Source: Anaerolineales bacterium (GTDB taxonomy: Bacteria > Chloroflexota > Anaerolineae > Anaerolineales > DRMV01). Taken from it: a stretch of DNA of 64,000 bases. The stretch spans positions 4,334 through 68,333 of the forward strand of contig JALWJZ010000004.1 of NCBI GenBank assembly GCA_026996855.1, written 5' to 3'. Below the pieces are notes generated by a model, which saw nothing but the letters and a program-made list of their open reading frames with translations, was not told the origin of the DNA and did not search any database. The translations under genes and the position numbers were made by a program. Of this stretch, positions 1 through 10,282 are shown piece by piece (the first letter of the stretch is position 1; every line of letters begins with the position of its first letter).

Positions 1-610
1 AGGTGGCCTGGTTCAGGTCGTGCAACACGGTGAGCACGGCCCGGCCGTCGTCGTGGGCCAGGCCGCGGGCCAGTTCCAGGATGTGCACCTGGTAATGCAG
101 GTCCAGGTGGGTGGTGGGTTCGTCGAAGAGCAACAGGGGCGTATCCTGGGCCAGGGCGCGGGCCACCAGCACCCGCTGTTGCTCGCCGCCGGAAAGGGTG
201 TGTACCGCCCGATGGGCCAGGTGGGTCAGGCCGGTGCGTTCCAGGGCCTGCTGTACCGCTTCGTGATCCTGGGCGCGGGCCTGGCCCAGCCAGTTCAAAT
301 ACGGCGTGCGGCCCAGGAGCACCGTTTGGTACACGGTGAAACCGGGTGGGAGGTTCTTGGCCTGGGGCACCACGGCCACGATGCGGCCCCGCTGCCGGGG
401 GGCGAGGTGGGTCAGGTCTTTCTCCGCCCAGGTCACCCGGCCCTGCCGCGGGCGTAGCACCCCCGTGATGACCCGAATCAACGTGGTCTTGCCTGAAGCG
501 TTGGGACCCACCAGGGTCACCATTTCGCCCGGAGCCACTTCCAGGTCGATTCCCCGCAAGACGTCTTCGTGGGGCCGGTATCCGGCCCATATCCGGTGAA
601 GTCGCAACAT
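1..610 (-). CDS. ABC transporter ATP-binding protein, FepC/BtuD-like (iron-chelate/cobalamin importer type); C-terminus runs off the window edge
   Basis: Not in the ORF track because it is open at the edge. My own minus-strand translation from the ATG at 610 gives MLRLHRIWAGYRPHEDVLRGIDLEVAPGEMVTLVGPNASGKTTL..., with Walker A GPNASGKT, signature LSGGEQQR and Walker B LLLFDEPT. Confidence 0.85.
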   Translation of the reverse strand, partial: MLRLHRIWAGYRPHEDVLRGIDLEVAPGEMVTLVGPNASGKTTLIRVITGVLRPRQGRVTWAEKDLTHLAPRQRGRIVAVVPQAKNLPPGFTVYQTVLLGRTPYLNWLGQARAQDHEAVQQALERTGLTHLAHRAVHTLSGGEQQRVLVARALAQDTPLLLFDEPTTHLDLHYQVHILELARGLAHDDGRAVLTVLHDLNQAT

Positions 611-749
611 GGGCTTTTACCTGGGAAAACTTCCAAAGCACCGTGCCGCCCTATTATACCCTTCGCGTCGGGCCGGGGAGGCATCCATCTTGTGATACAC
701 TTTTTTACGCATTCGGTCGAGCCTCGGTTTCGTGGAAAGGAGAGCGACC

Positions 750-3257
750 ATGCGTAAACGGTGGCTTGCAGGCTTCGCGACTTTTCTGGGGCTGGTGCTC
801 ATCGCCCTCGTGGGCGGTGGCTTTTTCGTTGTGCGTCGGCCCTGGCCTCGAGTGCGGGGTACCCTTCGGGTTCCGGGCTTGAAGGACCAGGTGACCGTGT
901 ACCGGGACCGATGGGGTGTGCCTACCATCGTGGCCTCCAACACCCACGACCTCTTTTTCGCCCAGGGATACGTGCACGCCCAGGACCGTTTCTGGCAGAT
1001 GGAATTCTGGCGGCGCATTGGGCACGGCCGGCTGTCGGAAATCTTCGGCGAGGCTACCTTAGGACAGGACCGGTTCATCCGCACCCTGGGTTGGCACCGC
1101 ACCGCGGCCCTGGAGTGGGACCGGCTGGACCCGGACACCCAGGCGGCCTTGCAGGCCTATGCGGAAGGCGTCAACGCCTACCTGGCCACCCATAAAGGTC
1201 CCCTGGCCCTGGAATACACCTTCCTGGGTTTGCAGGGCGAGGTGCCCGAACCCGAACCCTGGTCGCCGTTGGACACGCTGGTTTGGGCCAAGGTCATGGC
1301 CTGGGACCTGGGCGGGAACCGCCAGGACGAACTCAAGCGGGCCGCGCTCATGCAGCGCCTGGGCCGAGACCGGGTGCAGGACCTGTACCCGCCCTACCCC
1401 GAAGAGCATCCGGTGATTCTTCCCCCCTCGGCCCTTGAGGGAGCAGGAGGCGGGCCCGCGCCTCATCTTCCTTCGGAACTGGCCTTGCATCCTGGTGCCC
1501 TGGACGCGCTTCCTTGGGATGCCATGACCGCGCTGGACGCGATTTTCGGCCCCGCGGGCTGGGCGGGGAGCAACAACTGGGTGCTGGCACCGAGCCGTAC
1601 CACTACCGGCCGGCCCCTTCTCGCCAACGACCCGCATCTGGCCATCCAAATGCCGGCCATCTGGTACACCGTGAACCTGCAGTGCCAGCCCGTGGGTCCG
1701 CAGTGCCCCTACCGGGTGGCGGGCGTGTCTTTCCCCGGCTCGCCCGGTGTGGTCATCGGGCACAATGCGCACATCGCCTGGGGGGTGACCAACGCACCGG
1801 TGGACGTGCAGGATTTTTACATCCTGAAGACCAATCCCGAGAACCCCGACCAGTACTTGGTGGACGGCCAATGGGTGGACATGGACATCGTGTGGGAGGA
1901 AATTCGGGTGAAGGGCCGGGACGAACCCGTCATGGTGCGGGTGCGTTTGACCCGTTTCGGCCCCATCTTGAACGACATCGCAGGCGGCACCGAGGAAGCG
2001 TGGGCTTTCGGCTGGCAGCCCCTGGCCTTTCGCTGGACCGCGCTGGACCCCAGCAAGACGGTGCAGGCCGTGTTGAAACTGAACCGCGCCCGAAATTGGG
2101 ACGAATTCCTGGACGCGTTGCGGGACTGGGACGTGCCCAGCCAGAACGTGGTGTATGCCGACGTAGAGGGCAACATCGGCTACAAGGTGCCGGGCCGCAT
2201 CCCCATCCGTCACCCGGAGCACAGCGGTTTGGTCCCCGTGCCCGGCTGGGAAAGCAAGTACGCCTGGCAGGAGTACATCCCCTACGAGGAATTGCCCCAG
2301 GTGTTCAACCCCCCGGAGGGCTTCATTGCCACCGCGAACCAGGCCATCGTCCGAACCGAAGACTACCCTTATTACCTCACCCACGATTGGGATCGGGGCT
2401 ACCGGGCCAAACGCATCCACGACCTGCTCACCCAGAAGGAGCGCTTCAGCCCTGAGGATATCCAGACCATTCAGGTGGACGATTACCTCCTGCCCGCCGA
2501 TGCCCTTTTGCCCCATCTGGAGCCGTTGCAACCCCAGGACGAGCGCTTGCAACAGGCCCTGGAGATTTTGCGCACCTGGGACCGTCGTGCTTCGGTGGAT
2601 TCGGTGGGTGCCACTTTGTTCGAGACCTTTCGCATGTATTTGCTTTGGGAAATCTTCGCCGACGAATTGGGGTCCGACCTGGCCCAGCGCTATCTAAACG
2701 CCCGTTCCCTGCCCATGCTGGCCCTGGCCCGGGTGCTGGAAGACGAGCATTCCCCCTGGTACGACAACGTGTACACCCCTGACCGGGTCGAGACCAAAGA
2801 GGAGGTGCTGCTCCGGTCTTTGGAAAAGGCGGTGGACCATCTCACCCAGGCCCTGGGGGAGGACATGACCCAATGGCGCTGGGGCCGGGTGCACACCGCG
2901 ACCCTGGTGCATCAGACGTTGGGGAAATCGGGCGTGTCTTTGCTGGAGCGGGTGTTCAACCGGGGGCCGGTGCCCGTGCCGGGCAGTTGCATGGCCGTGA
3001 ACAACATGTGCTTTGGCTACAAGGACCCCTTCGCGGTGAGGGTCATCCCCTCCTATCGGCAGGTCTTCGACGTGGGCCGGTGGGACCAGGCCGCGTGGGT
3101 GATTCACAGCACCGGGCAGTCGGGGCATCCCTACCATCCCCATTACGTGGACCAGATGCCCTTGTGGCAGCAGGGCGAGTACATCCCCCTTCCCTGGGAG
3201 CCGTCTTCCGCGGAAGCCACGGCCCGAGATGTGTTGGTGTTGCAACCTCCACCATGA
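750..3257 (+). CDS. penicillin acylase family protein (Ntn hydrolase, peptidase S45)
   Basis: ORF 732..3257; ATG at 750 follows GGAGA. N-terminal TM/signal segment WLAGFATFLGLVLIALVGGGFFVV. Family hallmark around the autoprocessing site: GWAGSNNWVLAPSRTTTGRPLLANDPHL. Confidence 0.9.
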   Translation: MRKRWLAGFATFLGLVLIALVGGGFFVVRRPWPRVRGTLRVPGLKDQVTVYRDRWGVPTIVASNTHDLFFAQGYVHAQDRFWQMEFWRRIGHGRLSEIFGEATLGQDRFIRTLGWHRTAALEWDRLDPDTQAALQAYAEGVNAYLATHKGPLALEYTFLGLQGEVPEPEPWSPLDTLVWAKVMAWDLGGNRQDELKRAALMQRLGRDRVQDLYPPYPEEHPVILPPSALEGAGGGPAPHLPSELALHPGALDALPWDAMTALDAIFGPAGWAGSNNWVLAPSRTTTGRPLLANDPHLAIQMPAIWYTVNLQCQPVGPQCPYRVAGVSFPGSPGVVIGHNAHIAWGVTNAPVDVQDFYILKTNPENPDQYLVDGQWVDMDIVWEEIRVKGRDEPVMVRVRLTRFGPILNDIAGGTEEAWAFGWQPLAFRWTALDPSKTVQAVLKLNRARNWDEFLDALRDWDVPSQNVVYADVEGNIGYKVPGRIPIRHPEHSGLVPVPGWESKYAWQEYIPYEELPQVFNPPEGFIATANQAIVRTEDYPYYLTHDWDRGYRAKRIHDLLTQKERFSPEDIQTIQVDDYLLPADALLPHLEPLQPQDERLQQALEILRTWDRRASVDSVGATLFETFRMYLLWEIFADELGSDLAQRYLNARSLPMLALARVLEDEHSPWYDNVYTPDRVETKEEVLLRSLEKAVDHLTQALGEDMTQWRWGRVHTATLVHQTLGKSGVSLLERVFNRGPVPVPGSCMAVNNMCFGYKDPFAVRVIPSYRQVFDVGRWDQAAWVIHSTGQSGHPYHPHYVDQMPLWQQGEYIPLPWEPSSAEATARDVLVLQPPP

Positions 3258-3269
3258 GGGATGAGGTGT

Positions 3270-3902
3270 TTATCCATCCGGTGAAAGACGTTGGTGCACC
3301 ACCGGCCCCATGAGCGCGCAATAAGCCGAGGATTCCAGCCTTTCCAGGGCTTCGTAACCTGTGTCCAGGTCCTCGGCCAGGATGAAGATGCCGTGCCGCG
3401 GTGCCAGCACGGCCGCGGCGTAGCGACGCAGGATTTCGCGCTGGGCTTCCAGGGCTTGGGCAATCTGGTCGGCCAATGCCTGGGTGTGGGAGGGCGCGCC
3501 GGGAATGAGGGGCACGGTGCCGAACACGTCCGTGGCCTCCAGCATGGAAGGCAGGGGCACCCGGTGGGCACAGAAGACCAGGATGTTGCGGGGATGGGCA
3601 TGGACCACGGCTGCACCCTCGGGATAGAACTTCCGCAAGAGGGTGAAGTGGACCCGGGCTTCTCGCGAAACTTCGCCTTCACCGTCCAGCAAATTCCCCT
3701 CCAGGTCGAACACCAGGATTTGGCGCGGGTGCAACCGCCAGCGCCAGCGGCTCCCCGCGTAGCGCGGGGTCATGAGGATGAAATCGTCCAGGCGCACGCC
3801 TAAGTTGCCACCCGCGGCATCGGTCAGTTGTCGCTCGAACATCAGGCGCCCGATTTCCGTCATCAACTCGCGCGTTTCCTGGATGCGTGTGTACGAGATC
3901 AT
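3270..3902 (-). CDS. class II aldolase/adducin family protein
   Basis: ORF 3270..3941; ATG at 3902 with AGGAGG upstream. Motifs LTDAAGGNLGVR and VVHAHPRN (metal-binding His) are typical of the class II aldolase/adducin N-terminal domain. Confidence 0.75.
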   Translation of the reverse strand: MISYTRIQETRELMTEIGRLMFERQLTDAAGGNLGVRLDDFILMTPRYAGSRWRWRLHPRQILVFDLEGNLLDGEGEVSREARVHFTLLRKFYPEGAAVVHAHPRNILVFCAHRVPLPSMLEATDVFGTVPLIPGAPSHTQALADQIAQALEAQREILRRYAAAVLAPRHGIFILAEDLDTGYEALERLESSAYCALMGPVVHQRLSPDG

Positions 3903-4102
3903 GACCGCCTCCTTTGTATGGGTGCCCGTCTTCTGCAGCACCCTTTATTTGCTGGTGGGTGAATCCGCTCATCCGCGAACTCCCAGATTCGCCCATCGGC
4001 AATTGTATCCGAATCTGGATGGTGGCCTGGGCCTGGCCCGACCCTGGCTGTGATACACTTAGAACGTCCTGGTTGAAATCACCAAACCCGGAGGCGAGAC
4101 CC

Positions 4103-5812
4103 ATGCATGTCTGGCGGGTCCATACCGAAACGCAGGAATGGACGCGTGAACCTGTGCCGCCCGCGTGGGAGCGGCTGGGTGGACGCGGGCTGATTGCCCG
4201 GGTCCTGCTGGACCGGATGTCGCCTGTGGCCCACCCTTTGGGGCCGGGCAATTTGTTGATTCTGGCGCCGGGTCTCTTGGTGGGGCATCGGCTTTCCAGT
4301 TGTGACCGCATTTCCTTTGGGGGGAAAAGTCCTCTGACCGGGGGCGTGAAGGAGTCCAACGCGGGTGGCCGCACGGGGTGGGCCTTGACCGCCCTGGGCA
4401 TCAAGGTGCTGATTCTGGAAGGTCGGCCCAGGGAGGACCGGTGGTGGGTGCTCCACCTTTCGACCCAGGGCGTGCGCTTCGACCCCGCGGACGACCTGGT
4501 GGGCCTGGAGGCTCAGGCTACTGCGGACCGGCTCATGGCCCGCTACGGCGAACACATCGCGGCCGCGCTCATCGGCCCGGCGGGCGAGCGCCTGTGGCCC
4601 ACCGCGGGCATCCAGAACCTGGACAAGGACGGCGTGGCCTCCCGCATCGCGGCTCGGGGCGGCCTGGGTGCGGTCATGGGGAGCAAGCGCATCAAGGCCA
4701 TCGTCATTGACCCGGAGGGTGGCAATCCGCCCCCTATTGCCGACCCGGCGGGTTTTCGCCAGGCCCGGAAGACCTACACCCAGGCCCTCATGGCCCATCC
4801 GCAAACCCAAACCTATGCCGATTACGGCACCGCGGCCATGGTGCTTTTCTGCAATCAACTGGGGGGCCTGCCCACGCGGAACTTTTCCCAGGGCCGCTTC
4901 GAGGCCGCGGAGGCCATTTCTGGGGAGCGCTTGCGGGAGATGCTTTTGGCCCGACCCAATGCGCACACCACCCACGCGTGCATGGCCGGCTGTGCCATTC
5001 GCTGCTCCAACGTGGTCACCGACCCGCGTGGTTTCTTCGTGGTTTCACCCCTGGAGTACGAAACCATCGCCATGATGGGGTCCAACCTGGGCCTGGACGA
5101 CCTGGACGCCATCGCCCGGCTGAACCGGGTGGCCAACGAACTGGGGGTGGACACCATCGAGGTGGGTGTGGCCCTGGGGGTGGCCGCGGAAGGCGGTTTG
5201 TGGTCCTTTGGCGACGCCGTGGCTGCCCAGCGCCTGATGGAAGCCATGCGCACCAACACGCTGACGGGACGCCTCCTGGGCCAGGGTGCGGTGACCGTGG
5301 GCCGGGTGCTGGGGGTACGCCGGGTGCCCGCGGTCAAGGGGCAGGCCATGGCCGCGTACGACCCACGGGCCATTCAGGGCACGGGGGTGACCTATGCCAC
5401 CTCGCCCCAGGGCGCGGACCACACCGCGGGCAACACGGTGCGGGCGCAGCGGCATCGTCCCCCGGTGGAGGAGCAGGCCCGGCTTTCCCTCAAGGCCCAG
5501 ATAGCCATGGCCGCGTACGATACCCTGGGCGTGTGCGTGTTCGCGGGCTTTGGGTTTGCCAAAGTGCCCGAGACCATTCCGCAACTCCTGCGCGCCCGCT
5601 ACGGCTGGGAGGTCTCCGACGACGTTTTCCAGCAGTTGGGTCGGGAAACCCTGCGCCTGGAACGCGCCTTCAACCGGGCTGCCGGCTTCAGCCCGGCCCA
5701 CGACCGCCTGCCTGAGTGGATGCTGGAGGAACCCCTGCCGCCGACGGGCGCCCGCTTCCAGGTGCCGGAAGAACACATCCAGAACCTGTTTCGGGAATTG
5801 GAGGCCGCGTGA
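4103..5812 (+). CDS. aldehyde:ferredoxin oxidoreductase (AOR family, tungsto/molybdopterin enzyme)
   Basis: ORF 3914..5812; in-frame ATG at 4103 follows GGAGG. AOR N-terminal domain strings GGRGLIARVL, LILAPGLLVG and SFGGKSPLTGGVKESNAGG. Cys cluster HACMAGCAIRCS. Confidence 0.85.
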   Translation: MHVWRVHTETQEWTREPVPPAWERLGGRGLIARVLLDRMSPVAHPLGPGNLLILAPGLLVGHRLSSCDRISFGGKSPLTGGVKESNAGGRTGWALTALGIKVLILEGRPREDRWWVLHLSTQGVRFDPADDLVGLEAQATADRLMARYGEHIAAALIGPAGERLWPTAGIQNLDKDGVASRIAARGGLGAVMGSKRIKAIVIDPEGGNPPPIADPAGFRQARKTYTQALMAHPQTQTYADYGTAAMVLFCNQLGGLPTRNFSQGRFEAAEAISGERLREMLLARPNAHTTHACMAGCAIRCSNVVTDPRGFFVVSPLEYETIAMMGSNLGLDDLDAIARLNRVANELGVDTIEVGVALGVAAEGGLWSFGDAVAAQRLMEAMRTNTLTGRLLGQGAVTVGRVLGVRRVPAVKGQAMAAYDPRAIQGTGVTYATSPQGADHTAGNTVRAQRHRPPVEEQARLSLKAQIAMAAYDTLGVCVFAGFGFAKVPETIPQLLRARYGWEVSDDVFQQLGRETLRLERAFNRAAGFSPAHDRLPEWMLEEPLPPTGARFQVPEEHIQNLFRELEAA

Positions 5813-6201
5813 CGGAGAAAACCGGGCGCGTCGCGCGCCCTACCCGGAGGCGGCTGGCCCTCCTGGCCCTGGTGCAGATGGCCGTGGGGCTGCTGTTGCT
5901 GACCGGGTTGGTGATGTTCGTCTACCCCCATTTGTGGGCCCGGGCCTTGTTCTTCGTGGGGGTGGTCTGGCTGGGCTCCGGCGGAGCCTTGTTGGGCTTG
6001 CTCTTCTTGCACGCCTTGCGGCACCCCGAGGCAAGGGCGAACCTGGACCTGGGAAGTTTTCAGCGACAGGCGTTGGAAATCGGCGCGTTCGCGGCCTTCC
6101 TGGTGTGGCTGCAATGGGGGCGATTGCTCACCCTGCCCATGGTGCTGATGGCGGGCCTGCTGTTCATCGCGCTGGAGGGTCTTTGGCAGGCCTGGCGGTA
6201 G
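5809..6201 (+). CDS. hypothetical small integral membrane protein (about 4 TM)
   Basis: ORF 5716..6201. A GTG at 5809 overlaps the AOR stop (GTGA). Hydrophobic segments include LALLALVQMAVGLLLLTGLVMFVY, FFVGVVWLGSGGALLGLLFL and LTLPMVLMAGLLFIAL. The start is uncertain. Confidence 0.5.
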   Translation: MTEKTGRVARPTRRRLALLALVQMAVGLLLLTGLVMFVYPHLWARALFFVGVVWLGSGGALLGLLFLHALRHPEARANLDLGSFQRQALEIGAFAAFLVWLQWGRLLTLPMVLMAGLLFIALEGLWQAWR

Positions 6202-6212
6202 GGGAAGGGGAA

Positions 6213-6263
6213 GCGGTGAATCCGCGGATTTGCGAATCAACGAATCAGCGGAAGGGCGGATGG
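6213..6263 (+). repeat. short tandem octamer repeat, GCGRAWNN type
   Basis: Reads gcggtgaa tcc gcggattt gcgaatca acgaatca gcggaagg gcggatgg. It sits in the spacer between the small membrane protein stop (6201) and the mfd start (6426). Confidence 0.7.
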
Positions 6264-6425
6264 GGTGGCATTTTGGAATTTTGGTAGGGCACCGGAAATT
6301 TGGGGGCCTTTCCTCCAATGTTTCTGGTATTATAAGGGCGTCTTGCGTGTAGTCATTGTTCGGCCCGCAGCCATTCGGGGTTTGGAAAATTACGACGTTC
6401 CCTTAGCCCTTTGGGGCAGGGCATC

Positions 6426-9400
6426 ATGTCCGACCTGACGTTGCTTATCCGCCACATTCAAAGCCTTCCGGCCTTTCAAGATGTGGTCGAAGCCCTGGTG
6501 CAGGGCCGCCCCGTACCCGTGGTGGAGGACCCGGCGGTATGGGCGCCCAATCTGGCCCTGCCCCGGGCCGCGCGTGTTCCTGTGGCGCTGGCCCTCTACC
6601 GCGGCCTGGCGCGTCCCGTCCTGGTTCTGGTGGCCGACGAAGACCGGGCCTGGTTTTGGTCCCAGGAACTGGCCCGTTGGGCCGGCCAGGTGGAACCCTT
6701 TCCCGTGTGGGTAGGGGGTGTGGATGCTGAAGCCGAAGCGGCTCGCGCGCGCACGTTGGTCCGCCTCGCGGCCCGGGTTCTGGAGCGGAACGGCCCTCCG
6801 CCCCTGGTGGTGGCTTCGGCCGCGGGGCTGTGGAGGCCCACCTGGCCCCGGCACGCTTTTTTGCGGGGGATGAAGGTCCTGCGGTCCGGTTGGGAGGTTT
6901 CCCTGGTGGGGCTGGCCCGTCATCTGGAAGCCGTGGGCTACGAGCCAGTGACCACGGTGGTAGCCGTGGGCCAGTTCGCGCGGCGGGGCGGCCTGCTGGA
7001 CGTGTGGCCCCCCACTCTGCCGCATCCCGTGCGGGTGGATTTCTTCGGGGACGAGGTGGAGCGCCTGCGCCCCTTCGACCCCGAAACCCAGCGCACCCTG
7101 GCCCATGACCTGGAGCGGGTCTGGCTGCCGCCCTTGCGCTGGCAGGGCGCCCGGCCTTCCGGCTCCGTGCTGGAGATGCTTCCGCCCCAAACCCTGGTTT
7201 TGGTGGAAGACGCGGACGCGTTCCGCCGGCGCTGGGAGGTGCTGGAAGCCCAGGAGCCGGACGAGGAGGAGGCCCTGCTGGACTGGGCCTGGGAGGAGGT
7301 TCGGGAGCGGCTTTCCGGTCGGGTACTGGCCCTGGGGCCGATTCGTCAGGGCCCGGTGCCTTACGGGCTGGCCGGGCATTTCACGACGCTTCCCCGCTTT
7401 GGCGGCCAGTTGAAACGCTGGTTCCACTACGTGCAGGGTCTGGTGCGCACGGGCGCCCAGGTGTGGGTGGCTTCCCGTCAGAAGTCGCGGCTCAGGTCCT
7501 ACTGGCGGGAGCACGGCGGTCAGGGTCCGGTACATTTCGGGGACGTGGCCGTAGGAGAGGGTTTCGGACTGCTGGAACGCCCCGTTTCGGTTTCGGGGGA
7601 GGCCGAACCCCGGCCGCGCCATGTGCTCATCACCGACGCGGAGGTCTTCGGTTGGGCGCCGCCCCGCCCGGCGCGGGCGTATCGGCCCCCGGCCCGCACC
7701 CCGGAACACGGCTACGCGGATTTGCGCATCGGCGATTATGTGGTGCACGTGGACCACGGCATCGGTCGTTTCCGGGGGTTGGTGCGGCGTTCTTTGGAAG
7801 GGGTTCCCCAGGAATACTTGCTGGTGGAGTACGCGGAGGGGGACCAACTCTTCGTGCCCGTGGATCAGGCCGACCGTCTGACCCGTTACGTGGGGCCGGA
7901 AGGGTTCGAACCCACCCTCACCCGGCTGGGCACGGGGCAATGGCAGGTGGCCAAGGCCAAAGCCCGACGGGCCGCGCTGGAAGCCGCCCGGGATTTGCTG
8001 GAACTGTACGCGAAGCGCCAGACGGTGCAGGGCCACGCCTTTTCCCCCGATACCGAGTGGCAGCGGGAACTGGAAGCCCGTTTCCCCTTTGAACTCACCG
8101 AGGACCAGCGCCGGGCTTTGGAGGCAGTGAAAGCGGACATGGAAAAACCCCGGCCCATGGACCGGCTCATTTGCGGCGACGCGGGTTTCGGCAAGACCGA
8201 GGTGGCCCTGCGCGCAGCCTTCAAGGCGGTGATGGACGGCAAACAGGTGGCCATGCTGGTACCCACCACGGTGCTGGCGCAGCAGCACTACCGCACCTTT
8301 CGGGAGCGAATGGCTTCCTTTCCCGTGGAAGTGGCCATGCTTTCCCGGTTTCTCACGCCCCAGGAGCAGGCCCGGGTGCTGCGGGGCCTGGCCGAGGGAA
8401 CGGTGGATATCGTCATCGGGACCCATCGCTTGCTTTCCCCTGATGTGCAATTCAAGGACCTGGGCCTGGTCATCATCGACGAGGAGCATCGCTTTGGCGT
8501 GATGCAGAAGGAGCATTTCAAGCGCCTGCGCACCCAGGTGGATGTGCTCAGCCTGAGCGCCACGCCCATCCCCCGCACCCTGTACATGGCCCTGACGGGT
8601 GTGCGGGACGTTTCCATCATCCGCACGCCGCCCCGTTTCCGCAAGCCGGTGGTGACCCATGTGGGGCCGTACGAGCCGGAAGTGGTTCAGAAGGCCATCC
8701 GGCGGGAGTTGGGACGCGGTGGGCAGGTTTTCTATGTGCACAATCGGGTGGCCACCATCGAAACCGTGGCCCACAAGGTGAAACGACTGGTTCCCGAAGC
8801 CCGGGTGGCAGTGGCCCACGGCCAGATGCCTGAGGGGGAACTGGCCCGCATCATGGAGCGTTTCGTCGCGGGGGAATTCGACGTTTTGGTGTGTACCACC
8901 ATCATCGAATCGGGCCTGGACCTGCACCGGGTGAACACCCTCATCGTGGAGCAGGCCGAGCATTTCGGCCTGGCCCAACTGTACCAGTTGCGGGGTCGGG
9001 TGGGCCGCGGCCACCGACGGGGGTATGCGTATTTCTTCTGGTCCCCAGTGTACACCCCCTCGGAAGAGGCCCGGGAGCGTCTTCAATTGTTGGCCGAGCA
9101 CACGGAGTTGGGTTCCGGTTTTACCCTGGCCCTGCACGATCTGGAAATTCGCGGGGCCGGGGACCTGTTGGGCACCCGGCAGCACGGCCACATGGCCGCG
9201 GTGGGGTATCACCTGTACATGCAACTCCTCACCGAAGCGGTGCAACAACTCCGCCGGTCCTATGGGCTGGAGCCGGTTCAGGCGGCTTCCTGGACCCAGC
9301 GCTGGACCCGACCGCCGGTGCGCCTGGACCTGCCCCTGCCAGCCACCCTGCCCCCATCCTACGTTCCCGACGAGGCCCTCCGTCTGGCCCTGTATCGTCG

Positions 9401-9743
9401 CTTGGCCGCGACCAACTCCTTGGCAGAGGTGGACGCCCTGGCCCGGGAAATGGAGGACCGTTTCGGCCCTCTGCCCGAAGTGGTGCGTAATCTGTTGAAT
9501 TTGGTGCGCATCAAAGTGCTGGCCCATGCGGCAGGCGCGCTTTCCGTGGGCGCGACTTCGCGCGAGGTGGTGATTCGCTTCCCCGAAAACCGGTCCGTAC
9601 CCCTGCCCCCCATGCCCCGTCCCGTGGTCACGGGACGCCACACCTACCGCTTCCCCAAGGACCCGGAGGGCCATTGGGTGCGCCGGGTGATGGCGGTGCT
9701 GCAAGCCGTGGCCGAAAAAGAGGCGACCCTTCGCGATGAATGA
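6426..9743 (+). CDS. mfd: transcription-repair coupling factor Mfd
   Basis: ORF 6411..9743; ATG at 6426. CarD-like domain GDYVVHVDHGIGRFRGL. SF2 helicase motifs GDAGFGKTEVALRAAF, IIDEEHRFGV, SATPIPRTL and QLRGRVGRG, followed by a TRCF C-terminal domain. Confidence 0.95.
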   Translation: MSDLTLLIRHIQSLPAFQDVVEALVQGRPVPVVEDPAVWAPNLALPRAARVPVALALYRGLARPVLVLVADEDRAWFWSQELARWAGQVEPFPVWVGGVDAEAEAARARTLVRLAARVLERNGPPPLVVASAAGLWRPTWPRHAFLRGMKVLRSGWEVSLVGLARHLEAVGYEPVTTVVAVGQFARRGGLLDVWPPTLPHPVRVDFFGDEVERLRPFDPETQRTLAHDLERVWLPPLRWQGARPSGSVLEMLPPQTLVLVEDADAFRRRWEVLEAQEPDEEEALLDWAWEEVRERLSGRVLALGPIRQGPVPYGLAGHFTTLPRFGGQLKRWFHYVQGLVRTGAQVWVASRQKSRLRSYWREHGGQGPVHFGDVAVGEGFGLLERPVSVSGEAEPRPRHVLITDAEVFGWAPPRPARAYRPPARTPEHGYADLRIGDYVVHVDHGIGRFRGLVRRSLEGVPQEYLLVEYAEGDQLFVPVDQADRLTRYVGPEGFEPTLTRLGTGQWQVAKAKARRAALEAARDLLELYAKRQTVQGHAFSPDTEWQRELEARFPFELTEDQRRALEAVKADMEKPRPMDRLICGDAGFGKTEVALRAAFKAVMDGKQVAMLVPTTVLAQQHYRTFRERMASFPVEVAMLSRFLTPQEQARVLRGLAEGTVDIVIGTHRLLSPDVQFKDLGLVIIDEEHRFGVMQKEHFKRLRTQVDVLSLSATPIPRTLYMALTGVRDVSIIRTPPRFRKPVVTHVGPYEPEVVQKAIRRELGRGGQVFYVHNRVATIETVAHKVKRLVPEARVAVAHGQMPEGELARIMERFVAGEFDVLVCTTIIESGLDLHRVNTLIVEQAEHFGLAQLYQLRGRVGRGHRRGYAYFFWSPVYTPSEEARERLQLLAEHTELGSGFTLALHDLEIRGAGDLLGTRQHGHMAAVGYHLYMQLLTEAVQQLRRSYGLEPVQAASWTQRWTRPPVRLDLPLPATLPPSYVPDEALRLALYRRLAATNSLAEVDALAREMEDRFGPLPEVVRNLLNLVRIKVLAHAAGALSVGATSREVVIRFPENRSVPLPPMPRPVVTGRHTYRFPKDPEGHWVRRVMAVLQAVAEKEATLRDE

Positions 9744-9800
9744 AGAACGGGACCATTCAACCGTCTTCGCTGAGGCATCCCCACTTTCTTAGAGGGTGTT

Positions 9801-9830
9801 TGAAAACCTGAAGGTTTTTCAATAACTTTT
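9801..9830 (+). terminator. candidate intrinsic terminator downstream of mfd
   Basis: Hairpin tGAAAACC-tgaa-GGTTTTtc followed by the A/T-rich tail aataactttt, about 60 nt after the mfd stop. Confidence 0.4.
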
Positions 9831-9904
9831 ACATTACAGCAAGAAGCAGCCACCAGACAAACGTGCCAGTTTCGGCTAGGAAACGTATTTTTTGGATTCC
9901 CTCT

Positions 9905-9940
9905 TTTTGAGAAGTGCTTCGCACCTTCTCAAGCACCCTC
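9905..9940. repeat. hairpin repeat, copy 1 (ttttgagRaggtgc-loop-gcacctYctcMagcaccctc)
   Basis: ttttgagaagtgcttcgcaccttctcaagcaccctc: a stem of about 11 bp with one bulge. A near-identical element in the opposite flank orientation lies at 13790-13826. Confidence 0.7.
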
Positions 9941-10282
9941 TTACGCCTGGAATCTCGAAGGCTTTTGGTGTGTCACTACCTGGCGTACGCGAGGCTGGCG
10001 CAACACGGCGCGCAGGGCCTGACGCGCGAGTTGGGGTTGAGGGTCCTTCTTCAGAACCTGGCTCGGGTAGGCCATCCGAGGGGCGGATTTCCGGGTGAGC
10101 GGGCCCAGCAGGAATCAGGGGGCGACCAGGGTGGGGGCCAGCGCCGCGGCCCGCCGCGCCCAGGCCCGGGCCGCGGGGTAGCGGCCTTGACGCCAGGCCC
10201 GAAAGGCGCGTGCCAGGACCATCTGGGCCTGTTGGCGGGTGGTATCCTCGGGTCGGTGGGGCGTCGCCTTTTCCGCGAGGGC

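Noticed and set aside
6390-9704. 1104-aa ORF on the minus strand, antisense to mfd. Similar giants are antisense to PFOR (57496..61284, and 58763..61354 in another frame), feoB (38435..41065), the permease-like gene (42246..44978, 43802..45445), the M24/FesM region (24248..26668) and the penicillin acylase gene (1059..2552).
   Set aside because: The translations are Gly/Arg/Pro/His-rich low-complexity strings with no motifs. They exactly shadow strongly supported genes on the other strand, which is typical stop-codon depletion in high-GC DNA.
9950-10125. A 47-codon minus-strand ORF (MAYPSQVLKKDPQPQLARQALRAVLRQPRVRQVVTHQKPSRFQA) in the mfd/amidase gap. The 319-aa track ORF 9876..10835 was also considered.
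   Set aside because: There is no convincing RBS, and the composition resembles random high-GC translation. The 319-aa ORF is a shadow of the amidase gene.
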